64,000 nucleotides of DNA from the NCBI GenBank assembly GCA_965219685.1, contig CBDCOH010000002.1:2816001-2880000 (forward strand), read 5' to 3'. Shown here piece after piece: positions 9,368-19,459 of this stretch. The position numbers were made by a program, and so were the translations under genes. The first letter of the stretch is position 1, and each line of letters opens with the position of its first letter. The stretch is from Candidatus Spongiisociaceae bacterium. GTDB lineage: Bacteria > Actinomycetota > Acidimicrobiia > Spongiisociales > Spongiisociaceae. A model generated the notes under the pieces. That model saw only the letters and a list, made by a program, of their open reading frames with translations, did no database searches and had not been told where the DNA came from.

Positions 9368-10324
9368 TTGATCTCGTACGTGAACGGGGACTACGTCACG
9401 AAGCCTGTGATCTCGGTCTTCGATCGGGGTTTCGTTATCGGAGACGGCGTTTACGACTCAGCCCGAACCTTTGGTGGCAAGATCTTCAAGCTTGATCAGC
9501 ATCTTCAACGGTTGAGCCGATCGATGCGTTACATCGAGATCGATGCGGATCGCTATGCCGCGGAAATCCGCGGAGCTACGGAAGGGGTGGTTGCTCGTAA
9601 CAGGGAGGATATCCTCTCAGTGGGCGATGTGTGGGTGATCCAGATCGTCACCCGCGGATTGCTCGAGGATGCCGGCGAGTCCGGGTTCGGACTTGACGAG
9701 GAACCTGATACGCCGTTCCGCCCGACCATCGTTGTGATCGTTAGGCCGCTGAACTTCAAGGCTTTCGGGCTCCTGTACCGGGACGGCGTGGACCTCGGCG
9801 TCTCGCTCCTGACCCGAGCCATGAGCGGTCCCCTCGATCCACGCGTCAAGTCGACCGGCAAGCTCGCCTATTCGCGTGCCGAACGGAAGGCTGCCCGGAT
9901 GAGCAGGGGGCATGCTCTCGGCGCGAAAGCATGGACCGTGCTATTCCACGATGACGGTTCGATCGCAGAGGCATCCGGGGCGAACATATGTGCCGTCGTC
10001 GGTGACCGCCTCGTGCGCCCGCCCCGCCACTACGCGCTCGAAGGCGTCAGCATCGAGACCGTTTGCGAGTTGGCGCAGGACCAGGGCCTGTCGATCGAAG
10101 AGCGACCTATCACCGTCTACGACCTAGTCAATGCCGACGAGACGATGCTGACCTCGACGAGTTTCTCTGTTCTTCCGATCGTCAGTATCGACGGGATTCC
10201 ACTTCCCGGAGGAGGCACCGTCTACTCGAAGACATTGGAACTGTGGAAAGACATGGTCGGTTTCGACTTCGTTAAGCAGGCCCAGGACGTGGCAAGAGGG
10301 ATCGGTGGGAGCACAGCCGGATAA
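9368..10324 (+). CDS. PLP-dependent aminotransferase class IV (IlvE/Dat fold)
   Basis: DRGFVIGDGVYD, HLQRL, catalytic Lys in RVKST, EASGAN, LEGVS; TTG start after GAAAGGA RBS. Confidence 0.9.
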   Translation: MISYVNGDYVTKPVISVFDRGFVIGDGVYDSARTFGGKIFKLDQHLQRLSRSMRYIEIDADRYAAEIRGATEGVVARNREDILSVGDVWVIQIVTRGLLEDAGESGFGLDEEPDTPFRPTIVVIVRPLNFKAFGLLYRDGVDLGVSLLTRAMSGPLDPRVKSTGKLAYSRAERKAARMSRGHALGAKAWTVLFHDDGSIAEASGANICAVVGDRLVRPPRHYALEGVSIETVCELAQDQGLSIEERPITVYDLVNADETMLTSTSFSVLPIVSIDGIPLPGGGTVYSKTLELWKDMVGFDFVKQAQDVARGIGGSTAG

Positions 10325-10367
10325 GGCATCGACACCCGACATGGGTGACACCAGCGGAGGTAATGAG

Positions 10368-12104
10368 ATGCAGACAGCAACAAGGAGAGGGACGTGGATC
10401 AGAACGAAGAGCATGCTGTGGCTGGCTGCTACAGTCCTGTTCTTCGCGGCCTGCGGGGACGATGACGGCGAAGCGGCTACAACCACCGTCGCTCCTACCA
10501 CGCAACCCACCGAACAGACGACGCAGCCACCGGAGCAGACGACCCAAGCCCCGGTAACTACGGCAACTCCCGAACAGACGGCCCAAGCTCCTGAGGAGAT
10601 GCAGCCGTTCATCATCGTGGTTCCGGGAGACATCGAGAATCTGGACGGTATGGGAACGTACACCCAGTTCGCCGCCCAAGTCTGGTTCCACACCCACGGA
10701 CGGCTGATGCGCTTCAAGGAGTTTCCGTCACCCACGGCGCCCGGGCAGATAGTGCTGGACAAGAACATAGCCGAACCCGAACTCGCCGAGTCCCTCGTGA
10801 CGGAGGACTTCCAAACGTGGGACTTGACTCTCCGGGAAGGACTCGTGTTCCCGAGTGGAAACCCCCTGACCACCGACGACGTCATCTATTCGTTCGACCG
10901 GGCTATCTCTCTGGCCGGATCCCCCGGATTCCTGCTCAACACAGCCGGGATAACGGATGTCGGCCAGTTAGAGAAGATCGACGACACCCGGCTCCGGATC
11001 ACCGTGCCCAAGCCGAACAACCGGCTGCCGAGGATTTTCGCCCTGGTCGACGTGGTCGTCATGGACTCCCAACTCCTGAGCGACAACGCCACCGATGACG
11101 ATCCGTGGGCAACCGAGTGGGCCATCAGCAATCACGCGGGATACGGGCGCTACGTGGTGAAACAGTGGGAACCGGGTAGCCGTATCGTGCTGTCGCCGAA
11201 TCCCGACTGGTTCGAGGGCCCGCCCGAGACCGGCGACCTCGTATTTCAGGTGGTTCCAACCGAAGCGAATCGGTTGCTACTCCTCCAGCGCGGCGAGGCC
11301 GACGTCGCAACGTTCATGACCCCGCGGACGGCCGTCGGGATCGACCCGGATGATCCGGACGTGGCGGCCCTGAGGTTCCCGTCCGACTTCGTGAATACGG
11401 TGACGGTGAACCATGGCGTCGAGCCTTTCGACAACGTCCTCGTTCGCCGCGCCATGGCCTACGCGATCAACTATGACCAGATCAGGGAGGAGGGCTGGTT
11501 CGGATTGGCGACGCCCCCGTCGAGCCCGGTCATTCCGGGCTACGAGGGCCACGAGGCCGTCTGGGACTACACCTACGACCCGGACAGGGCAAGACAGTTG
11601 CTCGCCGAGGCGGGATTCCCGGACGGATTCGACACGCGGATGCTCTACTCGCCGGAAGAGGACCCGAGCCACGAAGCCTTAGCCGTCATGATTCAGGGCC
11701 AGCTGGGCGACGCGGGTATCAGGGTGACCCTCGAGCCGGTCACCGGCGGCCAGTTCTTCACGCTGTTCTACGGTGAACGCGACTTCGATATCGCCCTCAA
11801 GTTCTGCGGCATCTGGGTGTCGGAATACTGGTACTCGAGCAACCTGATGCTGGCCACGAACGGCTTCTGCAGCGGTACCTACAGCAATCCCAGCGTCGAC
11901 GAGGCCATTGCGGCACTCGAAACGGAGACCGACCCGGAGACGGCCCAGGCACTGGCAACCCAGGTACAGGAGCAGTTCGCCGAGGATGCCGGGTATGTCC
12001 TCATCGGACAGCCGGACTTCATCGTCATGGCCAGAAAGGGCGTGTCCGGCGTTATCTACCCAGTGCAGGACGGCACGGCGATCTTCTGGGGCCTCACCCG
12101 GTAG
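10368..12104 (+). CDS. Opp/Dpp-type (family 5) ABC substrate-binding lipoprotein
   Basis: Lipobox FAAC, Thr-rich linker, LREGLVFPSGNPLT, VRRAMAYAINY, ARQLLAEAG. Confidence 0.92.
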   Translation: MQTATRRGTWIRTKSMLWLAATVLFFAACGDDDGEAATTTVAPTTQPTEQTTQPPEQTTQAPVTTATPEQTAQAPEEMQPFIIVVPGDIENLDGMGTYTQFAAQVWFHTHGRLMRFKEFPSPTAPGQIVLDKNIAEPELAESLVTEDFQTWDLTLREGLVFPSGNPLTTDDVIYSFDRAISLAGSPGFLLNTAGITDVGQLEKIDDTRLRITVPKPNNRLPRIFALVDVVVMDSQLLSDNATDDDPWATEWAISNHAGYGRYVVKQWEPGSRIVLSPNPDWFEGPPETGDLVFQVVPTEANRLLLLQRGEADVATFMTPRTAVGIDPDDPDVAALRFPSDFVNTVTVNHGVEPFDNVLVRRAMAYAINYDQIREEGWFGLATPPSSPVIPGYEGHEAVWDYTYDPDRARQLLAEAGFPDGFDTRMLYSPEEDPSHEALAVMIQGQLGDAGIRVTLEPVTGGQFFTLFYGERDFDIALKFCGIWVSEYWYSSNLMLATNGFCSGTYSNPSVDEAIAALETETDPETAQALATQVQEQFAEDAGYVLIGQPDFIVMARKGVSGVIYPVQDGTAIFWGLTR

Positions 12105-12153
12105 CTGTGATCCCGTACCGGTTGCGGGCAATGCCCCGGGAGCACCCGGCCAG

Positions 12154-13161
12154 GTGACCAGGTACATCCTGAGGAGAGTGGCGGCGTCGCTCCTGCTGAT
12201 CGTCGCCGTGACCACGGTCACCTTCGTGATGCAACGCGTCCTCCCGATCGATCCGGTCGAGTCTTTGGTGGGGCCGATACGGACCGAGGAGCGACTGCAG
12301 GCCCTCCGGGAGCAACTCGGTCTCGACCAGCCTCTTGCCCGCCAGTACGCGAATTACATGTCGGGGCTCGCGAGGGGCGACCTGGGGCAAGCCTGGCACA
12401 CGGGCCAGCCCGTGACCTCGGACCTCGCGTCCCGGTTTGCGGCGTCCCTCGAACTAGGGGCGGTTGCGTTAGTCATCGGCGTTCCGCTCGGAGTGGTGCT
12501 CGGGGTCGTCTCCGCCCGACGGAGGGACACAGTGGGGGACTACGCCGTGAGGGGCGTCTCGCTGTCGTTCATCGCTCTGCCAGAGTTCCTGGTCGCGCTC
12601 CTCGCCGTCTATGTCTTCTTCTACCTGTTCGGTGTAGCCCCACCTCCCATCGGTCGGCTCGGCGCGACGGTGCTGCAGCCGCACCAGGTCACCGGCCTGT
12701 ACCTCGTGGACAGCGTCCTCGAGCGGAACTGGACGGCTTTCCGTTCGGCCGCGGGTCACCTCGCCCTCCCGGCGTTGACGCTGGCGATGGTGCTGATGAG
12801 CTACTTCGCCCGGTTCACCCGCGCATCGATGTTGGAGGTCCTGAATTCGGACTTCGTGCTGGCGGCGCGGTCGCTGGGACTTCGCGAAAGGACCATCGTC
12901 TACCGTTATGCTCTCAAGACGGCGATGCTTCCCATCGTGTCGGTTCTCGGGATCGCCATTGGGGCTGCATTGGGCGGCCTCGTCGTCATCGAGCTCGTAT
13001 TCGCGTGGCCCGGCCTCGGCCGGTACGCAGTCGACTCGGCCAAGCTCAATGACCTGGCGGCGGTCCAGGGCTTCATGCTTCTCTCCGTCGCCGTGTACGC
13101 GGTGGTCAACCTGGGAGTGGACATCCTCCAGGCCGCCTTCGACCCACGGATCCGTTACTAG
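12154..13161 (+). CDS. ABC transporter permease (OppB/DppB-like)
   Basis: LGLDQPL, GDLG, RASMLEVL..ARSLGL (EAA loop), VFAWPGLG, DPRI. Confidence 0.92.
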   Translation: MTRYILRRVAASLLLIVAVTTVTFVMQRVLPIDPVESLVGPIRTEERLQALREQLGLDQPLARQYANYMSGLARGDLGQAWHTGQPVTSDLASRFAASLELGAVALVIGVPLGVVLGVVSARRRDTVGDYAVRGVSLSFIALPEFLVALLAVYVFFYLFGVAPPPIGRLGATVLQPHQVTGLYLVDSVLERNWTAFRSAAGHLALPALTLAMVLMSYFARFTRASMLEVLNSDFVLAARSLGLRERTIVYRYALKTAMLPIVSVLGIAIGAALGGLVVIELVFAWPGLGRYAVDSAKLNDLAAVQGFMLLSVAVYAVVNLGVDILQAAFDPRIRY

Positions 13162-14021
13162 TGGCCGACCGCATGGGCAACCAGGCGCGGGTAGGCTCAC
13201 CCGGGATCCTATCTCGATGGAGACGACTCCCATCGCTCTACATCGGAGCAGGCCTGGTCGGCGCGATCGTGGTCGTATCGGCCGTTGCCCCCGTCTTCAT
13301 CGGTTTCGGCGCGACCGAGCGCGTTGGCGCCCTGCTGGCCGGCCCGAGCCTTTCCCATCCCTTCGGCACGGACGTGAACAGCATGGACGTGATGGCCCGA
13401 ACTCTTCACGCCGGGCGGTACGACCTCGGGGTTGCTACGGCGGGAGCCCTGCTGGCGATGGCAGTCGGAGTCGCGGTCGGCGCGACCGCGGGCTTCGCCG
13501 GAGGCATCATCGACGAGATCATCAGCCGGGTCGTCGAGGGTATCCAGGCCTTCCCGCCTCTCGTCCTAGCTCTCGGGCTCGTCGCCGCGGTGGGGTCTTC
13601 CACACCGGTTCTCATCGGAGTGATCGCGGTGGTGCAGTCCGTCTACTACGTGCGGGTCATGCGTGCTCAGGTGCTCTCCATTCGAGAGCGGGACTACGTG
13701 CGGGCGGCACGCGCCATCGGCTTGCCGCGCCGACGAATCATCATGCGGCACATCGTGCCGAACGGAATCGGCCCCGTCATCGTCCAGGTGAGCTTGAACA
13801 TCGGCGTGGCAGTGCTGCTCATCTCCGCGCTGAGCTTCATCGGCCTGGGCGCTCCACCGCCGACCCCGGAGTGGGGTGCGATGATCGCGGCCGGCCTCAA
13901 AGTAACCATCACCGGCGAGTGGTGGGTGTGGACGTTTCCCGGAGCGATGCTGTTCGCAACCGTGGTCGGCTTCAACATCCTCGGAGACGGTCTCCGCGAT
14001 GTCCTGGATCCGAGGACGTGA
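13161..14021 (+). CDS. ABC transporter permease (OppC/DppC-like)
   Basis: HPFGTD, YVRAARAIG, LSFIGLG..PEWGAMI, GDGLRDVLDP. Confidence 0.93.
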   Translation: MADRMGNQARVGSPGILSRWRRLPSLYIGAGLVGAIVVVSAVAPVFIGFGATERVGALLAGPSLSHPFGTDVNSMDVMARTLHAGRYDLGVATAGALLAMAVGVAVGATAGFAGGIIDEIISRVVEGIQAFPPLVLALGLVAAVGSSTPVLIGVIAVVQSVYYVRVMRAQVLSIRERDYVRAARAIGLPRRRIIMRHIVPNGIGPVIVQVSLNIGVAVLLISALSFIGLGAPPPTPEWGAMIAAGLKVTITGEWWVWTFPGAMLFATVVGFNILGDGLRDVLDPRT

Positions 14022-15007
14022 TGCATACCGACCGGGCGCCGATCCTCAGGGTGCGCGATCTGAGAGTCAACCTCTCCCACCGGGGCCGGGCCGGGCTTCC
14101 GGTAGCCGGATTCGACCTCGACGTATCGCAAGGCGAGGTGGTCGGAATCATCGGCGAGACGGGCGCTGGCAAGAGCCTGGCGGCCCGGGCGATCACGATG
14201 CTTCTCCCGAGGGGTGCACGGATCGTCGGGGGTGAGATCCTCTTCGAGGGACACAGCCTTATCCGACTGGACCGCGAGCAAATGCGCCGGATGCGCGGCA
14301 GCCGGATCGGGATGATCTTCCAGAATCCCCGCGAGAGCCTGGTTCCGGTCCACACGATCGAGCGCCAGCTCCGGCTCGTGCTCAGGAAGCCGGCGGGACG
14401 CCACGACCGGACCTCGCGACCATACGAAGAGGGCGTCGCCGAATACCGTCGCCTCCTCGGCGTGCTCGGTCTGCACGAGCCCGAACGGGTCCTGAAGAGC
14501 TACCCGCACCAGCTCAGTGGAGGTATGGCCCAGAGGGTCTTCATCGCTCTGGTCCTGGCGGGAGACCCGGACCTCCTGATCGCCGACGAGCCCGCGACCG
14601 GGCTGGACGCGGCCACCCAGGCGCAACTGCTCCTCGAGTTCGGCGAGTTGATCCGCGAGAGGGACAAGACAGCCATCATCATCACCCACGACCTGAGTTC
14701 GATCATCGACGTGTGCGATAGCCTCGCCGTAATGTATGCTGGCCGGGTCGTCGAGCGTGGGGCTGTCAACCAAGTCCTGGCCACCCCGCAACATCCGTAC
14801 ACGATTGGGTTGCTGGCCTCCGCGAACCTATCGGACGAGGCCACGAGAACGGAGTACATCCCCGGAACGCCGCCGAGCCCGTTCGCGCCGGTGGCAGGAT
14901 GTCCTTTCAACCCGCGCTGTCCAGAGGTGTTCGACAGGTGCCGGGACTCCGAACCGCAACCCGTAGTGTCAGACGGTCGCTACGTCAGGTGCCACCTCCA
15001 TGGCTGA
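14021..15007 (+). CDS. ABC transporter ATP-binding protein (OppD-like)
   Basis: GETGAGKS, LSGGMAQR, LLIADEP, C-terminal CPFNPRC cluster motif. Confidence 0.93.
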   Translation: MHTDRAPILRVRDLRVNLSHRGRAGLPVAGFDLDVSQGEVVGIIGETGAGKSLAARAITMLLPRGARIVGGEILFEGHSLIRLDREQMRRMRGSRIGMIFQNPRESLVPVHTIERQLRLVLRKPAGRHDRTSRPYEEGVAEYRRLLGVLGLHEPERVLKSYPHQLSGGMAQRVFIALVLAGDPDLLIADEPATGLDAATQAQLLLEFGELIRERDKTAIIITHDLSSIIDVCDSLAVMYAGRVVERGAVNQVLATPQHPYTIGLLASANLSDEATRTEYIPGTPPSPFAPVAGCPFNPRCPEVFDRCRDSEPQPVVSDGRYVRCHLHG

Positions 15008-16019
15008 ACTCCTCACCGTCGAAGGATTGAGCAAGACCTTCGCCGGCGCGGGGACGTTCTGGGCGAAGCGCGGCACGATCGGCGCGGTGAGGGACGTCTC
15101 GCTCACCCTCTCCCGCGGCGAAGTCCTGGCGATCGTCGGTGAGAGCGGGAGCGGGAAGACCACCCTCGGCCTGTGCGTGATGCGCCTTATCAGGCCGTCC
15201 TCCGGTGTCGTTCGTTTCGAAGGGGTCAACACGCTCCGGCTGCGCGGTAACGCGCTGCGAGACTTCCGGCGCAACGCCCAGATCGTGTTCCAGAACCCCC
15301 AAGCCTCGCTCAACCCGCGCATGCGCGTCGCTTCGATCATCGGTGAGCCGGCGAAGTTCCACGACGGTCTCCGACACCAGCCGCTGAAGGACCGGGTTGC
15401 GGAGTTGATGCACTCCGTCGGCCTCGACGAGGCCGAGGCACGGAAGTACCCCCATGAACTCAGCGGTGGGCAGCAACAACGTGTCTCGATCGCACGCGCT
15501 CTCGCATCGAGGCCACGGCTGCTGGTCCTGGACGAGCCGACATCCGCACTCGATGCTTCCGTGCAGGGGCAGATCATCGGGCTTCTCAACGAGTTGCGGG
15601 AGCGTCACCGTCTCGGCTACCTGCTGATCTCGCACGACCTCCGTCTGGTGCGCGGGAACTCTGACCGGACGGCCGTCATGTACCAGGGCACGCTCACCGA
15701 GGTAGGCCCGACCGAGGAGATGTTCCGCCGGCCTATGCATCCGTACATGCGCCTGCTCCGGCACACGATGCCCTCGGTAGCCGGAGCAGCACTGCGGCGG
15801 ATCGCGACCGGGCACCTCGTCAGGACTGCAGAACCGGTGGACACCGGTTGTGTCTTCCGACGCCGCTGCCCGACGGCCAGGCCGCGATGCGCCGACGCGC
15901 AGATGCTCGACGCGACACAAGCACACTCGGCAGCATGTTGGCGGGCCGGGACACCTGACTTCGAAGAAGAATGGTGCCGGGTCATGAATCCGGCTTCCGC
16001 CGTCATCGGTTCCGATTGA
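15000..16019 (+). CDS. ABC transporter ATP-binding protein (OppF-like)
   Basis: GESGSGKT, LSGGQQQR, LDEPTSALD, GCVFRRRC. Confidence 0.93.
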   Translation: MAELLTVEGLSKTFAGAGTFWAKRGTIGAVRDVSLTLSRGEVLAIVGESGSGKTTLGLCVMRLIRPSSGVVRFEGVNTLRLRGNALRDFRRNAQIVFQNPQASLNPRMRVASIIGEPAKFHDGLRHQPLKDRVAELMHSVGLDEAEARKYPHELSGGQQQRVSIARALASRPRLLVLDEPTSALDASVQGQIIGLLNELRERHRLGYLLISHDLRLVRGNSDRTAVMYQGTLTEVGPTEEMFRRPMHPYMRLLRHTMPSVAGAALRRIATGHLVRTAEPVDTGCVFRRRCPTARPRCADAQMLDATQAHSAACWRAGTPDFEEEWCRVMNPASAVIGSD

Positions 16020-16071
16020 CATAGAAGAACATATAGAAGGACACGAAGGGACACGGAAGGAGGAAGAACCC

Positions 16072-16428
16072 GTGGACGGCTTGGCAATCGTTACGCCCAT
16101 TGACACCGATGACTACGAGGATATGCCGCTGGAGGGCCACGTCGTGTCAGGCGACCCGCAGGCCAAGGTGCACTGGATCCGTAGGGAACGCTCGGGGCTC
16201 GGCATGTTGCAAACGGGCCTGTTCATCGCCCAGCCCTCCGTCTGTCGTTGGGTGTTCGAGGGCGACGAAACCATCTACGTCATCGAGGGCGAGGTTCGCA
16301 TCGATTTCGTCGAGTCCGGTGAGAGCGTCGAACTCGTTGCAGGCGACATCGGATCGTTCCCGAAGGGGGTGGATGCGATCTGGACGTTCAAGAAGCCGTT
16401 CAAGGAATTCTTCGTGCTCTGCGGGTGA
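16072..16428 (+). CDS. Cupin domain protein (DUF861/EutQ-like)
   Basis: DETIYVIEGEV, GDIGSFPKG..W; GGAGG RBS upstream. Confidence 0.85.
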   Translation: MDGLAIVTPIDTDDYEDMPLEGHVVSGDPQAKVHWIRRERSGLGMLQTGLFIAQPSVCRWVFEGDETIYVIEGEVRIDFVESGESVELVAGDIGSFPKGVDAIWTFKKPFKEFFVLCG

Positions 16429-16494
16429 GGACAAGAGCCCGTCCTCGAAGGTCCCGCGGCCTTCGAGGACGGGAAGCGACAGAGGAGAGATGCC

Positions 16495-17568
16495 ATGCAA
16501 GGACAGGTTATGACAGTGCTCGGTCCGGTGTCGCCCGAAGAGCTCGGACCCACGGTGACGCACGAACACCTACTGGTCGATCTCTCGTGTTACTGGCAAC
16601 CGCCGGATGACCCGGACCGTCGAGCCCTGGCCGAGGCGCCCTTCGAGATGAGCATGATCGGGATAGTCAAGCGGGATCCGTTTTTTTCGCTCGACAACAA
16701 CACGCTCGACGATGTCACCGCGGCGACCGAAGAAGCGAGGGAGTTCAAGAACCTGGGCGGGGGCACGATCGTCGACGTAACACCGGCCGACATAGGTCGC
16801 AACCCGCTCGCCCTCCGGACCGTCGCCCGATCGGCGGGGCTCAACATAGTTGCCGGGACCGGCCATTACGTCCACATCGCGCATCCGCCCGGCCTGGAGA
16901 ACGAACCGACCGGAGAGATCGCAGAGCGAATGATCATCGAACTGACCGAAGGCATCGACGGCACCGGGATACGAGCAGGCGTGATCGGCGAGATAGGCAC
17001 TAGCCACCCGCTCCACCCGCGCGAAGAGAAGGTGCTGCGGGCTGCTGCCCGCGCCCAGCAGGGGACCGGCTACCCGATATCGGTCCACGTCGCCCCTTCG
17101 GCGCGCCAAGGCCACGACGTGCTGGAAATTCTTGAGAACGAGGGCGCCGATCTCGGGCGGGTTGTCATGGGACATCTCGACCTCACCTTGGGCCACCTCG
17201 ACGCCGAATTCGACGAGATCGTTGGATACCACTCCTCGCTCGGCGAGCGTGGGTGCTACATCCAGTACGACACTTGCGGTGTCGAACTCTACGTGCCGTC
17301 CGGCGGCCTCGGTCCACCATTCTGGCTTCCTTCCGACCTGACCCGGCTAAAGGCCATCGCCCGACTGTTGGAGGCGGGCCACGGCGATCGACTCCTGCTC
17401 AGCCAAGACGTCTGCACCAAAAAGGATCTGGTCCGCTACGGAGGCTTCGGCTACGGGCACATCCTGCGGTACTTCGTCCACAACCTCAAGGAGATAGGCG
17501 TCACACGGTCGGAGAGCGACCGAATGCTCATTGACAACCCCAAACGTATGCTCGCGCGGCAGGGGTGA
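16495..17568 (+). CDS. Phosphotriesterase-family metallohydrolase (PTE/PHP)
   Basis: TVLGPV, THEHL, GVIGEIG, GHLD, LLLSQD, DNPKR. Confidence 0.92.
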   Translation: MQGQVMTVLGPVSPEELGPTVTHEHLLVDLSCYWQPPDDPDRRALAEAPFEMSMIGIVKRDPFFSLDNNTLDDVTAATEEAREFKNLGGGTIVDVTPADIGRNPLALRTVARSAGLNIVAGTGHYVHIAHPPGLENEPTGEIAERMIIELTEGIDGTGIRAGVIGEIGTSHPLHPREEKVLRAAARAQQGTGYPISVHVAPSARQGHDVLEILENEGADLGRVVMGHLDLTLGHLDAEFDEIVGYHSSLGERGCYIQYDTCGVELYVPSGGLGPPFWLPSDLTRLKAIARLLEAGHGDRLLLSQDVCTKKDLVRYGGFGYGHILRYFVHNLKEIGVTRSESDRMLIDNPKRMLARQG

Positions 17569-18209
17569 CGACCCGGGCGATGGTGACCCGCCGTTCTTGG
17601 AGTCCAGTGAGCCGGCGTTGCGGTGATGCTGCAGGCTGGTCGTGAGGTTGCGGGATTTGGGTCTTAACCGGCTCGGGGTTTGCCGGAGAGTTCTTAACTC
17701 AACAATTCCAACCTAGCAAGGCAGGGGCACGGAGAGTCGGCGTACGCCAGTAAGGCCTACATGAAGTATCCAACACCCATGAACCAGACATTTATTCGGT
17801 ATTACCGGCGTATGGACACCCAGACCCTGGATGACATTTACCAGGTCCTCTCCGCAGGCAGGCGGGACTGGGCATAGAGAGCACGGCGCTGGCCTTAGGT
17901 TCGTCTGGGCGTTCTCTCTATGTTACCACTTCGTTTACTACTTGTTCTCTGGTATCTCGTGGTTCTTCCTGGTACTACATGAAGCTATCGGATTACCCTG
18001 AAATGCCCTGTAACCTGGGAGAATAGAGGCCGTGTGGCAGCATCCGGCACCTAGTGGACCTTTGCAGGACGGCAGTCGTCCGCCTCCGCTAGCAACAAGT
18101 TCGAACACGTTCCGTGCCCGGTGGTAGAGGGCAAAGCTCCCCATCCCGACTCCGGTCCACGGAACAGCAAGGCCAACCGTTGGCATGACTCGCAGAGACT
18201 CTCCACTTG

Positions 18210-19247
18210 CTACAACGGGGCCGGGGCGACTCCGAGTTGTGCACGGGCTTCATCGAGCACCTGCAACACACTGACAGACATCGACAGGGGATGCAGTGGC
18301 GACTGCGTTAGACCATCCGAGACATGGCGGGCTGCCCAGACCGCTTGCCTGCACAATCCATCCTCGGCTGTGACAAGGCCCGATCGATCGACGTACTCCG
18401 CAACAGGCACGTTCCTATCGTCATACAGCGTCAACCCCCCGGGAGCAGGATGGCGCGAAGGAATCAAGACCCGGCCATCTGAACCGCCGACGCTGGCCTC
18501 CCCAGAGCCAAATGTGTAAATACTGCAAGTTGCAACGGCTTGTTGACCACTCTCGTTGGTCAAGACAGTTACGGATTGACCATCAACACCTGTTGGAGTT
18601 ACCTCCCCTACGCACTGAACGTGGATCGGCGAGCCCATAACTAAGATGGCGAACCAAACTGAATAGACTCCTATATCCAGTAGAGCTCCGCCTCCAAGTG
18701 CCGGATCATGTATTCGGTTTGTAGGATCTAAAGGAAAGACCGCCCCCAGATCCGCTGTAACCAGTTGTACCTTCCCGAGTTCACCGTCCTGTAGCAGTCT
18801 GTCCAAGACGCTGGTCCTTGGATGAAAGCGTGAATGCATGGCTTCCATCGCGAACCTATTGTGAACTCTTGCTGCATCGCCAATGGCCTGTGCCTCTAAG
18901 GCAGAAGTAGCTAGTGGTTTCTCAACAAGGACATGTTTACCCGCCTCGAGTGAAGCCACGGCCATCCTTTTGTGATGGCTATGCGGGGACGCGATATAGA
19001 CGATGTCAACATCGCTATCGGCGAGCACCGCCTCATAAGAACCGTAAGCACGAGGAATGGAAAACCGTTGGCCAAAGCGTTCAGCCCTCTCGCGCGATCG
19101 AGAGCCAACTGCAGTCACGTCTTGATCGGTGTGACGCTTCAAAGACCGTACGAACTTATTGGCTATTACTCCTGGTGCTAGGATCCCCCAACGCAGGACC
19201 GGGCCACCACGAAGAGGGACAGACTCCGCCTCATGTAACGACTTCAT
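18210..19247 (-). CDS. Gfo/Idh/MocA oxidoreductase
   Basis: LRWGILAPG, VYIASPH, GKHVLVEKP, GGGALLDIGVY. Confidence 0.92.
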   Translation of the reverse strand: MKSLHEAESVPLRGGPVLRWGILAPGVIANKFVRSLKRHTDQDVTAVGSRSRERAERFGQRFSIPRAYGSYEAVLADSDVDIVYIASPHSHHKRMAVASLEAGKHVLVEKPLATSALEAQAIGDAARVHNRFAMEAMHSRFHPRTSVLDRLLQDGELGKVQLVTADLGAVFPLDPTNRIHDPALGGGALLDIGVYSVWFAILVMGSPIHVQCVGEVTPTGVDGQSVTVLTNESGQQAVATCSIYTFGSGEASVGGSDGRVLIPSRHPAPGGLTLYDDRNVPVAEYVDRSGLVTAEDGLCRQAVWAARHVSDGLTQSPLHPLSMSVSVLQVLDEARAQLGVAPAPL

Positions 19248-19459
19248 GTCACGGCCCTCATCCGACTACCCGACTCCCGAGCCACGGAGACCGTGACCGA
19301 TCACGTGTCCGCGGCCGGGGCCCGATGCTCTAACGCAAACTCCGCGCAGCTTGGGCCGGGCAAGCGACTCCAAGTAGCCCTTCGTCTCGAACCACCTGAT
19401 CGCATACCGGATCGTTCCCCGTGGGCGAACTGTCAATCCGCGCATGTCGTCCCCAAGTC

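Larger units (their letters stand above)
7888..18091. mobile_element. Genomic island at the selC 3' end, bounded by a 15-bp direct repeat; no intact integrase seen
   Basis: CGTCCGCCTCCGCTA at 7888-7902 (tRNA 3' end) and 18077-18091; AT-richer, gene-poor sequence just inside both ends. Confidence 0.72.

Noticed and set aside
12908-14020. Long N-terminal extension of the OppD-like ORF
   Set aside because: Overlaps the permeases out of frame; the real start is ATG 14021
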